The notes beneath the pieces are model-generated. The model made no database searches and was not told where the DNA came from. It worked only from the letters and a program-made list of their open reading frames with translations. DNA of 64,000 nt from assembly GCA_903900845.1 (NCBI GenBank), contig CAIUOU010000079.1:3264-67263 (forward strand), in the 5' to 3' direction. Both the position numbers and the translations under genes were made by a program. Positions 51,135 to 61,149 of this stretch are shown in pieces (position 1 is the stretch's first letter; every line of letters begins with the position of its first letter). The stretch is from an uncultured Opitutia bacterium. GTDB taxonomy: Bacteria; Verrucomicrobiota; Verrucomicrobiia; Opitutales; Opitutaceae.

Positions 51135-52373
51135 TCAGACGACCCGCGACCAGAGCACCTTCAGGTAACGGCTCTCGAGGCAGTTCGAGTAAACGGGGTG
51201 ATCGGGCCCGGGGCCGGTGCGGTCGAAAAACTGCAGGCGCCGACCCTGGCGATGCGCGGCCCGGATGACATGGTTCTCGAAATCCTCCAGCGAGAGCAAC
51301 CCCGAGCAGGAGCAAGTGACGAAGATGCCGCCCGGCTTGACCAGCGAGATGGCGAGAAGGTTGAGGTCCTCGTATTTCTGCCGGCCCTCCCAGTTACCGT
51401 GCTCGTCCCGCGTGAAGATGAATTTCGGCGGGTCGAGCACGACCACATCCCATTTCTCCCCGTTGGTCTGCATCTGGCGAGCGTAGGCGAAGGCGTCGGC
51501 GTGGACGAATTTGAGGCGCACCTGGTTCAGGTTCGCGTTGCGCCGGGCCTGCGCGATCGCGGCTTCGTCCAGATCCACACTAGTGACCTCCTCGGCCCCG
51601 CCAGCGACCTTCGCGTTGAGCGAAAAACCACCGGTGTAACAGCAAAGGTCGAGCACCCGGGCGCCGCGCGTGAAACGGGCGAGGGCACGCCGGTTATCCC
51701 GCTGGTCACAAAAGAAACCGGTCTTGTGACCCTCGGCGAAGTCCACCTCGTAACGCACGCCGTGCTCGCGGATCTTCACCGCGGGCGGCGCCGCGGCGTT
51801 GGTCTCCTTGAAGAGAGAGGGCTTGATGCCCTCCAGACTGCCGAGGTCGTGATCGACGTGGACGCGCGCGTAGCGGGTGCCAGCGAGCTCATGCAGCAGC
51901 GGTAGCCACATCGGCAGACGCTGCGCGACGCCCAGACTGTAAACCTCGCACAGCAGCGTGTCGCCGTAGCGGTCGATCGTCAGGCCGCTCAACCCGTCAC
52001 CGTCGGAGTTGATGAGCCGGTAAGCATCCGTGACCTCGTCGTGCCGGAAGACCTCGCGGCGGAGCGCCACGGCGCGGCGCAAGGCCGCCTCGAAATAGGA
52101 TTCATCGACCGGTGTCGTGGAATGACAGACGACACGCAGCGGGATCTTGGCGCGGGGATTGAAAAGGCCCCCGCCCGCGAGCACGCCGGACTTGTCGAAA
52201 ACGTGGACGAAATCGCCCGGACGCGCGTCAGGGGAAACCTCACCGAGCATCCGCGGGAAGATGGCCGGCTGAAAGGTGAAGAACTTCAGCTGGGCCCAAG
52301 GCCGGGGACGCGCGGCGCGGTCCAAGGGCGCCGGGCGTGCGGCGGGTTCCGGTGCTTCAGGGGAAGTCTCCAC
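51135..52373 (-). CDS. rlmI: Class I SAM-dependent RNA methyltransferase, RlmI/RlmK-like (23S rRNA m5C1962-type)
   Basis: N-terminal PUA-like region, YRLINSDGDGLSGLTIDRYG, GHKTGFFCDQRDNR, VLDLCCYTGGFS, DVVVLDPPKF, VTCSCS. Confidence 0.85.
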   Translation of the reverse strand: METSPEAPEPAARPAPLDRAARPRPWAQLKFFTFQPAIFPRMLGEVSPDARPGDFVHVFDKSGVLAGGGLFNPRAKIPLRVVCHSTTPVDESYFEAALRRAVALRREVFRHDEVTDAYRLINSDGDGLSGLTIDRYGDTLLCEVYSLGVAQRLPMWLPLLHELAGTRYARVHVDHDLGSLEGIKPSLFKETNAAAPPAVKIREHGVRYEVDFAEGHKTGFFCDQRDNRRALARFTRGARVLDLCCYTGGFSLNAKVAGGAEEVTSVDLDEAAIAQARRNANLNQVRLKFVHADAFAYARQMQTNGEKWDVVVLDPPKFIFTRDEHGNWEGRQKYEDLNLLAISLVKPGGIFVTCSCSGLLSLEDFENHVIRAAHRQGRRLQFFDRTGPGPDHPVYSNCLESRYLKVLWSRVV

Positions 52374-52459
52374 TCGGCGTGAGCGAGAAAGGATCGGAGT
52401 TGGACGAAAAGAAAGGCCGGCTGCGGACAGCCGGCCCGGAGATCGCGCGCTCGTTCGCG

Positions 52460-53806
52460 TCAGGCGACACGCTCGACGATGAGCGGCGGGGGAGTCGGAC
52501 GCTTGGGCGCGAGGCGGTAGGCATTCTTGAAGTACTCCAGCGCCTGCTCGAGCTTCGCCTCGTCGTTATAGTGGATCATCATCAACGGCTCACCTTGCTT
52601 TACCTGGGTGCCCACCTTCTTCACTTCCGATACGCCAACCGAGTAGTCGATCTTCGACTGGTTGGCGTCGCGGCCCGCGCCAAGGATGTGCACGCCGCGG
52701 GCAATCATCGCGGCGTTGATGGTGTGCACGTAGCCGCGCTTGGGAGCCGGCAGCTTACGAATATGGCGGGCCGGGGTGAACTTGTCAGGGTTATCGATAT
52801 AGGATGTGTCGCCCCCCTGTGCCTTCACCAACTCCTTCAGTTTAGCGAGGGCCGAGCCGTCGGTCAGGTGCCGCTGGACGGTCTGCTTGGCCGAAAGGGT
52901 GGAGCCGGCCACGCCGGCGAGACGCACGATCTCCATACCCAGCTTTAGAACGAGCTCCTTCATGTCGTCGGCGCCCTCGCCCTTGAGGAGCTTGATGGCC
53001 TCCTTCACCTCAAGCGCGGTGCCGACCGAATCACCGAGCGGCTGATTCATGTCTGTAACCAACGCTACGCACCGGCGTTTCATGGAGCGACCGACACGGG
53101 TCATGGACCGGGCGAGCTGCTTGGCTTGCTCCAAGTCCTTGATGAACGAACCATTGCCCCACTTGACGTCGATCACCAGACCCTCGGAACCTTCGGCCAG
53201 CTTCCTCGATAGAACGCTGCCGGTGATGAGCGGCAGGCTGGGGATTGTACCGGTCTCCTTGCGGAGCTCGTAGAACTTGGCGTCCGCCGGGGCCAGATCC
53301 TCCGTCTGCGCCATGATGGCTCCGCCGATGCGGGAGAGCTGGCTGGAGAATTGCTCGTTGCTGTGGTGTCCTTTGAAGCCCGGGATGGCGCCGAGCTTGT
53401 CCAAGGGGTTGATGATGTAGTCGTGCTCGACGCCGCACATCATAGGCACAACCACGCCGGAGGCCATCGCGAGCGGGACCAGCACGAGGGACGTTTTGTC
53501 CCCCACGCCGCCGGTGGAGTACTTGTCGATCTTTGGTTTCGCGATGTTGGAAAGGTCGATGACCTCTCCCGAAAGCATCATCTCCTCGGTAAGGTCGGCG
53601 GTCTCCTGCGCTGACATTCCGGAGAAGTAGATCGCCATGGCCAGCGCTGCGAGCTGGTGCTGGGGCATCTCGCCATCGAGCGTGCTGTCGATGATGTAGC
53701 GGATCTCCTCTTGCGTAAACTCGCCACCATCACGCTTTTTCTCGATCAGAAAGGTGAACGAGGGCTTTACGAAGCGGCGGGTCGGGATGTTTCGTTTGCT
53801 GGTCAT
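52460..53806 (-). CDS. Thymidine/pyrimidine-nucleoside phosphorylase homologue with altered catalytic motifs
   Basis: Start moved to ATG 53806. IEKKRDGGE, DKxSTGGVGDK, LDKLxxIPG, SLPLITGSVLSRKLAEG, VIDVKWGNGSF, TDMNQPLG, C-terminal domain. See findings for the substitutions. Confidence 0.85.
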   Translation of the reverse strand: MTSKRNIPTRRFVKPSFTFLIEKKRDGGEFTQEEIRYIIDSTLDGEMPQHQLAALAMAIYFSGMSAQETADLTEEMMLSGEVIDLSNIAKPKIDKYSTGGVGDKTSLVLVPLAMASGVVVPMMCGVEHDYIINPLDKLGAIPGFKGHHSNEQFSSQLSRIGGAIMAQTEDLAPADAKFYELRKETGTIPSLPLITGSVLSRKLAEGSEGLVIDVKWGNGSFIKDLEQAKQLARSMTRVGRSMKRRCVALVTDMNQPLGDSVGTALEVKEAIKLLKGEGADDMKELVLKLGMEIVRLAGVAGSTLSAKQTVQRHLTDGSALAKLKELVKAQGGDTSYIDNPDKFTPARHIRKLPAPKRGYVHTINAAMIARGVHILGAGRDANQSKIDYSVGVSEVKKVGTQVKQGEPLMMIHYNDEAKLEQALEYFKNAYRLAPKRPTPPPLIVERVA

Positions 53807-54075
53807 GGGACGGAAAAGAATACGCCCCGACGGCAGCCCGCCGGGACGGAAGCGTGCCATGCAACCCGCCACCTCTGAAAAGTCGAGCCAAATCCCGACC
53901 TTACGACGCCAAGCGGCGCCATCCGACCGCACGGGGTTCACCGAGTCCCATCGCTGAATCAGCTCCCGCGCGACGCTGATTCCAGGTGAGTTTGAACTTG
54001 CCCTCGCCAGGGGCAACCAACCCACTTTTTTTCACCTTTGGCCCGCGGTGCATGCGGGCCGAACCCCATCAAACC

Positions 54076-57000
54076 ATGAAACTGCTGCACCTCACCCACC
54101 GACTGCTTGCTCGCCTCGCTTGGTGCCTTGTCGCCACCGGCCTGATCACCACCCACCCCTCCGCGCCTGGTCTCCTCGCCGCGGAACGCGCCGGAAGCGG
54201 CGTAGTCACGGGAAATGTCACCAACAAGACCACCGGCAACGGACTGATCGGCGCCAAAGTCGATCTTGCGTCGCTCAATCTCACAGCCCTCGTCGACCAG
54301 ACCGGCCGCTATATTTTCAACGGTGTACCTGCCGGGTCCTACGAGTTGGTTGTCTCCTACACCGGTTTGGACACCCAGCGCGTGACCGTGAATCTCGCCG
54401 GCGGCCAAACCGCGGTCCGAAATTTCGAGATGAGCAGCAATGTGCTGATGCTCGATACCTTCAAGGTGACCTCTGAAAAAGAGGGGCTCTCGTCAGCCCT
54501 CACCCAGCAGCGCAACGCCGACAACCTGAAGAACATCGCGTCGATGGACGCGCTGGTCGACCTGCCCAACATGAACGCCACCGAACTGGCCATCCGCCTC
54601 CCGGGCGTGGCCTTCGGCAACCCCGGTGACGAGGTCGTCGAGGTCATCAGCGTGCGCGGCATGGGAGCCGGCATGAGCTCGATCACGATCGACGGCGGCG
54701 GCATGTCCTCCTTCAGCGCGCAGAACCGCAACACCCGCATGACCGCCTTCACCGGCGCCATGTTCGAGTCGCTCGAGGTTGTGAAGGGCCAGACGCCCGA
54801 TAAGCCCGTCGATTCCCTCGGCGGCGGGGTGAACTTCAAGACCCGCTCCCCGCTGTCGATGCGCGAGAAGCGCCGCGTCACCCTCAACCTCACCGCCCGC
54901 ATGGCGCCTTGGTTCACCGAGCAGGTCCCACTGCGCGAGGCTCGCCGCAACCACGCGCTGATGAACGCCTCCTACATCGAGAAGTTCGCGGTGTTCGGCA
55001 GCAAGACCGAGAACCTCGCCGTTTCGGTCAACGCCTTCTACTCGGAGAACGCCTTCGGCTTCTTCCGCTCGCAGCGCGACTACCAGCAGACCAACGCGCA
55101 ACCGGCCTACGTGTGGGATTACCGCACCACCGACAATTACAACAACCGCAAGCAGCGCAGTCTGAACACCAAGTGGGACTACCGCTTCGACCAGAACAAC
55201 CTGATCAAACTTAACCTGATCTACAACGATGCGCCCGAGCCGATGCGCCGCCAGTACGTCACCCGTGCCTTCGCCGGCAGCCAGACCACCGTCCCGAACG
55301 CGACGAACTCGGGCGTTGTGCCCGGCTGGACCGACCGCATCACCACCGTGCGCGCGGTCCCGACGGCCGCCAACGCCACTTCGTCCACCACCGCCCCGGC
55401 CCTGATCGACGTCACCTCCACGCTCATCAACCGCGACCAGCGCCTGCGCCACCTCGACCTCGCGGGCGAACACACGCTCGGTCGCCTCGAGATCGAGTGG
55501 GCCGGCCTCTGGAGCCGCACCCGCTACCGCACGCTCGGCGCCGAGGGCCAGCTCGTTAACCGCATCGGCAACGTTCCGTTCGCGGGACCAAGCGGCGGGC
55601 CCGGCTCCGCGACCAACAATGTCGTCGGCCCCAACGGCGAGACCGGCGTGGGCTGGATCCTCGACCGCACCCAGAGCGACCTTTACCCGCGTTTCATCCA
55701 GAACGGCGGCCTAGATTTCACCAACCCGCGCAACTACCGCCCGGCCGTGAACGGCCTGAACTCCAACTCAGGCAACCTCGACATCGACCTGATCAAGGAG
55801 GCCCGCGCGCACTTCAAGTACCGCCTGCCGATCGACGCCTTCACCGCCTTCGTCAAGACGGGTGGCCAGGTGCGCGACCACACGGTTGAACTCGAGCGTC
55901 GCGGTCGTCGCTGGAGCTACATTGGCCGCGACGCCCTGCCGACTGATCCGAGCATCCTTAGCTGGGACTACCTCAAGACCGGCCGCCGCATCCCCATGTG
56001 GGAGGGCGCGATGTTCCTCCAGAACGGCCAGCCCACCCAGCCCGCGCTCTGGCAGGAGGACATCTACTTCCGCGAGCAGAACCGCCTGGCCAACTCCAAC
56101 AAGGTCAACGAGGTCATCACCGGGACCTACCTCATGACCCAGGGTCGCATCGGACGCACTGGCTTCCTCGGAGGTGTCCGCCGCGAGGTCACCGAGACCA
56201 CTGGCATCTCCCGTATCCGCGCCCGCGTGCTCAGCAACGCCGCCCAGCAGGCGGCCGATCCGATCGGAGCCGCGCAGCGCGACTATGCGGACGACTATCT
56301 GAACAAGGGCAAGTACGCGCAGAACTTCCCCAGCATTCACGTGTGGCGCGACCTCACGGCGAACCTGAAGCTACGCGGAGCCTGGACCACTGGTTTCGGC
56401 CGCCCGTCCCTCGCGAACGCCCTGCCCAACTTCTCCTTCAACGACACCAACCAGACCGTCTCCATCGGTAACCCCGCCCTCCTGCCGCAGCAGGCCAAGA
56501 ACTGGGACTTCGGTCTTGAGTATTACTTCGAGCCCGCCGGCAGCTTCTCCGTGGGCTGGTTCCACAAGAGCATCCGCGACTTCATCCTGGGTGGACGTGA
56601 AACCGGTACCGTGGGGCTCGGCGCCGACAACGGCTTCGAGGGGCAGTTCGAGGGCTACAAGATCCTCCAGTCGCTCAACGCTGGCACCGCCGTCGCGCAG
56701 GGATGGGAGTTCGCCTACCAGCAGCAATTCCGCTTTCTCCCCGGCCTCCTGCGCACGCTGCGCGTCAACGCGAACTTCACCGTCATCAACGCCCACGGTG
56801 ACTTCGGTGGCACCACCTACCTGAGCAACGGGCAGATCAACGGATTCATCCCGCGCACCGGAAACCTTTCCGTCTCGTGGGACTACAAGAAGTTCGGCAT
56901 GTCGGTGAGCTACAACTACACGAGCGAAAGCATCCGCAACGCCTTCAATGTGGGCGCGCCGTCCCGCAACCAGTACCTCAAGGCGCGCGACCTCATTAAC

Positions 57001-57162
57001 CTCAATCTGCGCTACCAGATTCGCTCCAACCTCACTGCCACCTTCGGCGTCGCCAACCTGTTCAACGAGCCGCAGATCTATTACCGCGGCATCGCCGACC
57101 AGCTGGAAACGTTCCTGATGCAGGGAACCACCATCACCGCCGGCATCGAGGGTCGCTTCTGA
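54076..57162 (+). CDS. TonB-dependent receptor (TBDR9), paralogue of TBDR3/4/7
   Basis: Start moved to ATG 54076. GVVTGNVTNKTTGNGLIGAKV domain, LEVVKGQTPDKPVDSLGGGVN, WDFGLEYYFEP, ends GRF. Confidence 0.93.
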   Translation: MKLLHLTHRLLARLAWCLVATGLITTHPSAPGLLAAERAGSGVVTGNVTNKTTGNGLIGAKVDLASLNLTALVDQTGRYIFNGVPAGSYELVVSYTGLDTQRVTVNLAGGQTAVRNFEMSSNVLMLDTFKVTSEKEGLSSALTQQRNADNLKNIASMDALVDLPNMNATELAIRLPGVAFGNPGDEVVEVISVRGMGAGMSSITIDGGGMSSFSAQNRNTRMTAFTGAMFESLEVVKGQTPDKPVDSLGGGVNFKTRSPLSMREKRRVTLNLTARMAPWFTEQVPLREARRNHALMNASYIEKFAVFGSKTENLAVSVNAFYSENAFGFFRSQRDYQQTNAQPAYVWDYRTTDNYNNRKQRSLNTKWDYRFDQNNLIKLNLIYNDAPEPMRRQYVTRAFAGSQTTVPNATNSGVVPGWTDRITTVRAVPTAANATSSTTAPALIDVTSTLINRDQRLRHLDLAGEHTLGRLEIEWAGLWSRTRYRTLGAEGQLVNRIGNVPFAGPSGGPGSATNNVVGPNGETGVGWILDRTQSDLYPRFIQNGGLDFTNPRNYRPAVNGLNSNSGNLDIDLIKEARAHFKYRLPIDAFTAFVKTGGQVRDHTVELERRGRRWSYIGRDALPTDPSILSWDYLKTGRRIPMWEGAMFLQNGQPTQPALWQEDIYFREQNRLANSNKVNEVITGTYLMTQGRIGRTGFLGGVRREVTETTGISRIRARVLSNAAQQAADPIGAAQRDYADDYLNKGKYAQNFPSIHVWRDLTANLKLRGAWTTGFGRPSLANALPNFSFNDTNQTVSIGNPALLPQQAKNWDFGLEYYFEPAGSFSVGWFHKSIRDFILGGRETGTVGLGADNGFEGQFEGYKILQSLNAGTAVAQGWEFAYQQQFRFLPGLLRTLRVNANFTVINAHGDFGGTTYLSNGQINGFIPRTGNLSVSWDYKKFGMSVSYNYTSESIRNAFNVGAPSRNQYLKARDLINLNLRYQIRSNLTATFGVANLFNEPQIYYRGIADQLETFLMQGTTITAGIEGRF

Positions 57163-57191
57163 GCTACACCTCCAACCCCAAATCGAATCCC

Positions 57192-57605
57192 ATGAAAAAA
57201 CTGCTGCACACCGCCCTCGCCCTCGCGCTCCTCGGCTTCGCCGGGGTCGTCTCCGCCCAGGAGGCCGCCCCCAAGAAAGCCAAGAAGGCCGCCGCCCCCG
57301 CCTCGCCGACCGCCCCCAAGTCGGTCATGCATATCGTCACGGTCTCCTGGAAAGCCGGCACCACGCCGGAACAGATCAAGGCCGCGCTCGACGGCGCCCA
57401 GAAACTGCCCGCCGCCTACAAGGGCATCACCCGCGTCTGGTCCAAGACCATCAAGGCCCAAGGCGAACGCACCCACGTCATCGCCATGGAGTTCGCCAGC
57501 GAGCAGGCGCTCAAGGAGTACGCCGACAGCGACGCGCAAAAGGAGTGGTACAAGGCGTACCTGCCCATCCGCGAGCGCAGCACCACGTTCGACGTCACCA
57601 ACTGA
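57192..57605 (+). CDS. Secreted Dabb-family (stress-responsive alpha/beta barrel) protein
   Basis: Signal peptide, then HIVTVSWK, THVIAMEFASEQALKEY. 29 bp downstream of TBDR9. Confidence 0.8.
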   Translation: MKKLLHTALALALLGFAGVVSAQEAAPKKAKKAAAPASPTAPKSVMHIVTVSWKAGTTPEQIKAALDGAQKLPAAYKGITRVWSKTIKAQGERTHVIAMEFASEQALKEYADSDAQKEWYKAYLPIRERSTTFDVTN

Positions 57606-57633
57606 GCGATCCAGCCGCTCATTTTCCCGCGAG

Positions 57634-57662
57634 GCGACCCCCTGCCGGGGGTCGCTTTTTTT
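57634..57662 (+). terminator. Intrinsic terminator after TBDR9-Dabb
   Basis: Stem GCGACCCCC/GGGGGTCGC with a TGCC loop and a 7-nt T tract. Confidence 0.88.
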
Positions 57663-57752
57663 TGGCCGGTCCGAACCTGCGGATCGGGGTCCCGCCACCG
57701 ACGGGGCGCCGGTTGCTTTGACGACTCAGGATCCCTCCTCCACTCTCGAAAC

Positions 57753-58229
57753 ATGAAACTGCGTTCCGCCCTCGCGCTGCCGACATTTCTGCTCGCGACT
57801 TTCCTGGCGGGCGGAATCGGCTCGTGGGCCACATTCGAGAACGTCCGGACGTGGTTTCCGTCCCTCGTCAAACCTTCGTGGAACCCGCCGTCCTGGGTTT
57901 TCGGGCCCGTCTGGACCTCACTCTACGTCATGATGTCCGTCGCCGCGTGGCGGGTGTGGCGTCGCCTCGAGGGCGTGGCCGCCCGGCGGGTCGCGCTCTT
58001 CTACGCGGGGCATCTCGTGCTGAACGCACTATGGTCCGTGCTCTTCTTCGGCCTGCGCAGCCCCGGCCTCGCCCTCCTGGAAATTCTTCTGCTCTGGAGT
58101 GTGCTCGCCGGCTTCCAGCGGTGGTTCTGGCGCGAGGACCGCGTCGCCGCCGTCTTGTGGGCACCCTACCTGCTGTGGGTCACCTTCGCGACCGTGCTGA
58201 ACGCCTCGATCTGGTGGCTTAACCGCTGA
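57753..58229 (+). CDS. tspO: TspO/MBR tryptophan-rich sensory protein
   Basis: WFPSLVKPSWNPPSWVFGPVWTSLY, LNALWSVLFFG, PYLLWVTFATVLN. Confidence 0.95.
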   Translation: MKLRSALALPTFLLATFLAGGIGSWATFENVRTWFPSLVKPSWNPPSWVFGPVWTSLYVMMSVAAWRVWRRLEGVAARRVALFYAGHLVLNALWSVLFFGLRSPGLALLEILLLWSVLAGFQRWFWREDRVAAVLWAPYLLWVTFATVLNASIWWLNR

Positions 58230-58257
58230 CCAACCGCCCTCCCCTTTTTTCACCTCC

Positions 58258-59286
58258 ATGCCGGTACCGGACGTCATCCGTTGGGGCATCATCGGCTGCG
58301 GGGATGTCACTGAGGTGAAGAGCGGCCCGGGTTTCGCCTGTGCCCACGGTTCGCGCCTCGTTGCCGTGATGCGCCGCAACGGCGCCCTCGCCGCCGACTA
58401 CGCGCGCCGCCACGGCGTTCCGCGCTGGTACGACGACGCCCGCGCGCTGGTCGCGGATCCCGAGGTCGACGCCGTGTACGTGGCCACGCCGCCCGGCGCG
58501 CACCTCGAGGGTGTGCGCCTTGCCGCCGTCGCGGGCAAACCGTGCCACGTCGAGAAACCCATGGCCCGGCACACACCTGAGTGTGACGCGATGCTCGCCG
58601 CCTGCGCCGCCGCCGGCACCCGTCTCTTCACCGCCTACTACCGGCGCGCAATGCCGCGCTTCATCCGGGCGAGGGAACTCGCCACCGGCGGCGCCATCGG
58701 GCGCCTCACCGGCGTGACCTACCGCCACGCGGCTCCCTTGCCAGCCGGAAATCCGTGGCGGATCGAAGCCGCCCACAGCGGCGCCGGACTCTTCCTGGAT
58801 GTCGGTTCGCACGTTCTCGATTTTCTCGATTTTTGCCTCGGCCCGCTGGAGAGCGTAAGCGGTCACGCCGCCAACACGTCCGGGAAGCACGCCGTCGAGG
58901 ACCAGGTCGCCCTAACCTTTCGCGCGGCCGGCGGCGTCACCGGCGCCTGCTCGTGGAACTTCGCGAGCCACACGCGCGAAGACACCCTCACTTTTTTCGG
59001 AACCGAGGGCAGCCTGGCCTTCACCTTCTTCACGGCGGAGGCCATCCGGATGGAAACCGCGCGCGGGACGGAGTTGTTCGAAATCGCCAACCCGCCGCAT
59101 GTGGCGCAGCCCCTGATCCAGACCGTCGTCGACGACCTCCTCGGCCGAGGCACGTGCCCGAGCACCGGGGAGTCCGGCCGGCGCACTTCCGCGGTCATGG
59201 ATACCGTTCTCGCCGACTACTACGGCGGACGCACCGACGCTTTCTGGGAACGGCCGGCCTCGTGGCCCGGCGCCCCGCGCGGCTAA
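58258..59286 (+). CDS. Gfo/Idh/MocA family oxidoreductase (cytoplasmic)
   Basis: [39 protein letters not shown]. No signal peptide. Confidence 0.92.
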   Translation: MPVPDVIRWGIIGCGDVTEVKSGPGFACAHGSRLVAVMRRNGALAADYARRHGVPRWYDDARALVADPEVDAVYVATPPGAHLEGVRLAAVAGKPCHVEKPMARHTPECDAMLAACAAAGTRLFTAYYRRAMPRFIRARELATGGAIGRLTGVTYRHAAPLPAGNPWRIEAAHSGAGLFLDVGSHVLDFLDFCLGPLESVSGHAANTSGKHAVEDQVALTFRAAGGVTGACSWNFASHTREDTLTFFGTEGSLAFTFFTAEAIRMETARGTELFEIANPPHVAQPLIQTVVDDLLGRGTCPSTGESGRRTSAVMDTVLADYYGGRTDAFWERPASWPGAPRG

Positions 59287-60245
59287 GTGGCGAGCGGCTT
59301 CAGCCCGCGCTCGATCTCGGCGCGACGCGGCTCGAGAAAAGGCGGTAACGCGAGCCGCTCACCCAGCGCATCCATCTTCTCGTCGGTCGCGAAGCCGGGT
59401 CCGTCCGTGGCGATCTCGAACAGGATCCCGTTGGGCTCGCGGAAATAGAGGCTGCGGAAGTAAAAGCGATCCACCGGACCGCTCGACGGCACCCCCAGTT
59501 CCTCGAGCCGCGCCGCCCACGCCTCGTAGCCCGCCTCATCCAGCGTGCGGAAAGCCACGTGGTGCACTCCGCCGGCTCCGGGACGCGCCGGCGGCAGCCC
59601 CGACTCGATCACCACATGAAGTTCAGCCCGCGGCCCGGGCGCGGACTCGGGTCCCATTTCATACACGTGAACGGTGCGCACCGGCGCCGTGCGTGTCGCG
59701 TACTCCCGCACCCGGCGCATGTTCATGACCCGGGTGAGCGTCGCATCGGTGGCCCGGAGCTGCGGCACGCTGATCATAACCGGACCGAGCCCGAGAATCT
59801 GGAGCTCGGCGGGTACCACGCTTCGCGCCCAAGGATTGCCCGCACCACCTCCGCGATCGACGACCAGGCTGAGCCTTTGCCCTTCGGGATCCTCGAAATC
59901 CAGCACCAGCCGGCCGTCCCGATCGTGCACTTCGCCGACGAAAACTCCCGCCTGCCTCAGACGCTCCCTCCACCACGGCAAAACCGCCTCACCCCGCACC
60001 CGCAGGCCCGTCCGCACGATGCTATGGGTGCCATGGCGCTCGCGCGGCACCGGCCAGTCGAAGAAGGTCAAGTCGGTGCCCGGCGAGGCCAGACCGTCCG
60101 CGTAGAAGAGGTGGTAGGCCGAGACGTCGTCCTGATTGACCGTCTTCTTCACCAGCCGGAGCCCGAGGACCCCGGTGTAGAAGGCATGATTCGCGGCCGC
60201 ACGCGCGGTCACGGCGGTCACATGATGAAACCCGAGCAAATCCAT
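59283..60245 (-). CDS. Ring-cleaving dioxygenase, VOC/glyoxalase family (MhqO/PcpA-like)
   Basis: Start moved to ATG 60245. [69 protein letters not shown]. Confidence 0.93.
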   Translation of the reverse strand: MDLLGFHHVTAVTARAAANHAFYTGVLGLRLVKKTVNQDDVSAYHLFYADGLASPGTDLTFFDWPVPRERHGTHSIVRTGLRVRGEAVLPWWRERLRQAGVFVGEVHDRDGRLVLDFEDPEGQRLSLVVDRGGGAGNPWARSVVPAELQILGLGPVMISVPQLRATDATLTRVMNMRRVREYATRTAPVRTVHVYEMGPESAPGPRAELHVVIESGLPPARPGAGGVHHVAFRTLDEAGYEAWAARLEELGVPSSGPVDRFYFRSLYFREPNGILFEIATDGPGFATDEKMDALGERLALPPFLEPRRAEIERGLKPLAT

Positions 60246-60412
60246 GCGACCAGCGTGCACAAACCCCACGTTTCGTCCATGCGCCGCTGCCGCGTTTCCG
60301 CTCCGAACGGCGCCGCGCAATGATCGACTGCCATGACACCGCCCTCGGGCGCTGCACCGCCGAAGCCGCCTCGTGCCGTTTGACCGGACCAGCGGAACGG
60401 GGATGGTTTGGA

Positions 60413-61021
60413 ATGTTAGCCCAAAACCGACCGTCCGCGTCACGCTGGCGTTTCCTGCTCCTGGCGCCGCTGATGGCGGGCCTTTCCACGCCCGCGGTCG
60501 CGGGCATGCGGCCGGACTCCGCCACCGGCACGACCCTTTTCCAATTTTCCGGCACAGCGGGCGACGGAGCTTGGAGTGCCGTGAACGACGACGTGATGGG
60601 CGGGGTGTCGCGCGGCGGCGCGCGGATCATCGACGATGTCCTGCACTTTCGCGGCATCCTCTCCTTTGAGAACAACGGCGGATTCTCCTCCGTCCGATCC
60701 GCCGGCCAGACCCACGACCTGGGCAGCGCGACGACGATCGTCCTTCGCGTCCGGGGCGACGGGCGGACCTACCGCTTGCAGCTGGCGACCGACGCCTCCT
60801 TCCGCGGAGCCCGGATTTCCTACCAGGCTCCGTTCGCAACCCGACGCGGGGAATGGATCGAAGCCGTGGTTCCTCTCGCCTCCCTGGAGCCGCGTTTCCG
60901 CGGGCAAAGGCTGCGCGGACCGCCCCTGGATCGCTCCCGGATCACCGAGTTCGGTCTCTCGCTTTCCGATGGCAATCCGGGCCCGTTCGCGCTGGAGGTC
61001 GACTGGATTCGTTCCCGATGA
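60413..61021 (+). CDS. CIA30 (NDUFAF1-like) family protein
   Basis: [49 protein letters not shown]. The start codon is uncertain. Confidence 0.88.
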   Translation: MLAQNRPSASRWRFLLLAPLMAGLSTPAVAGMRPDSATGTTLFQFSGTAGDGAWSAVNDDVMGGVSRGGARIIDDVLHFRGILSFENNGGFSSVRSAGQTHDLGSATTIVLRVRGDGRTYRLQLATDASFRGARISYQAPFATRRGEWIEAVVPLASLEPRFRGQRLRGPPLDRSRITEFGLSLSDGNPGPFALEVDWIRSR

Positions 61022-61149
61022 ACCGCCTCTTGAACCTGGGACGCGAACCAGGTGACGATTTTTTCGCCGCACGCGAAGCTGGCCTTGCAGCGGCCGGCGG
61101 CGCACGAAGAGAATGCGGAGTGAACGAATCGTCCGCCGCCCGGCCCGAA

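Noticed and set aside
53810-54075. tRNA or known riboswitch in the divergent intergenic region
   Set aside because: No cloverleaf, T-loop or CCA pattern, and no TPP or B12 consensus recognised by eye. Kept only as a generic structured-leader finding.
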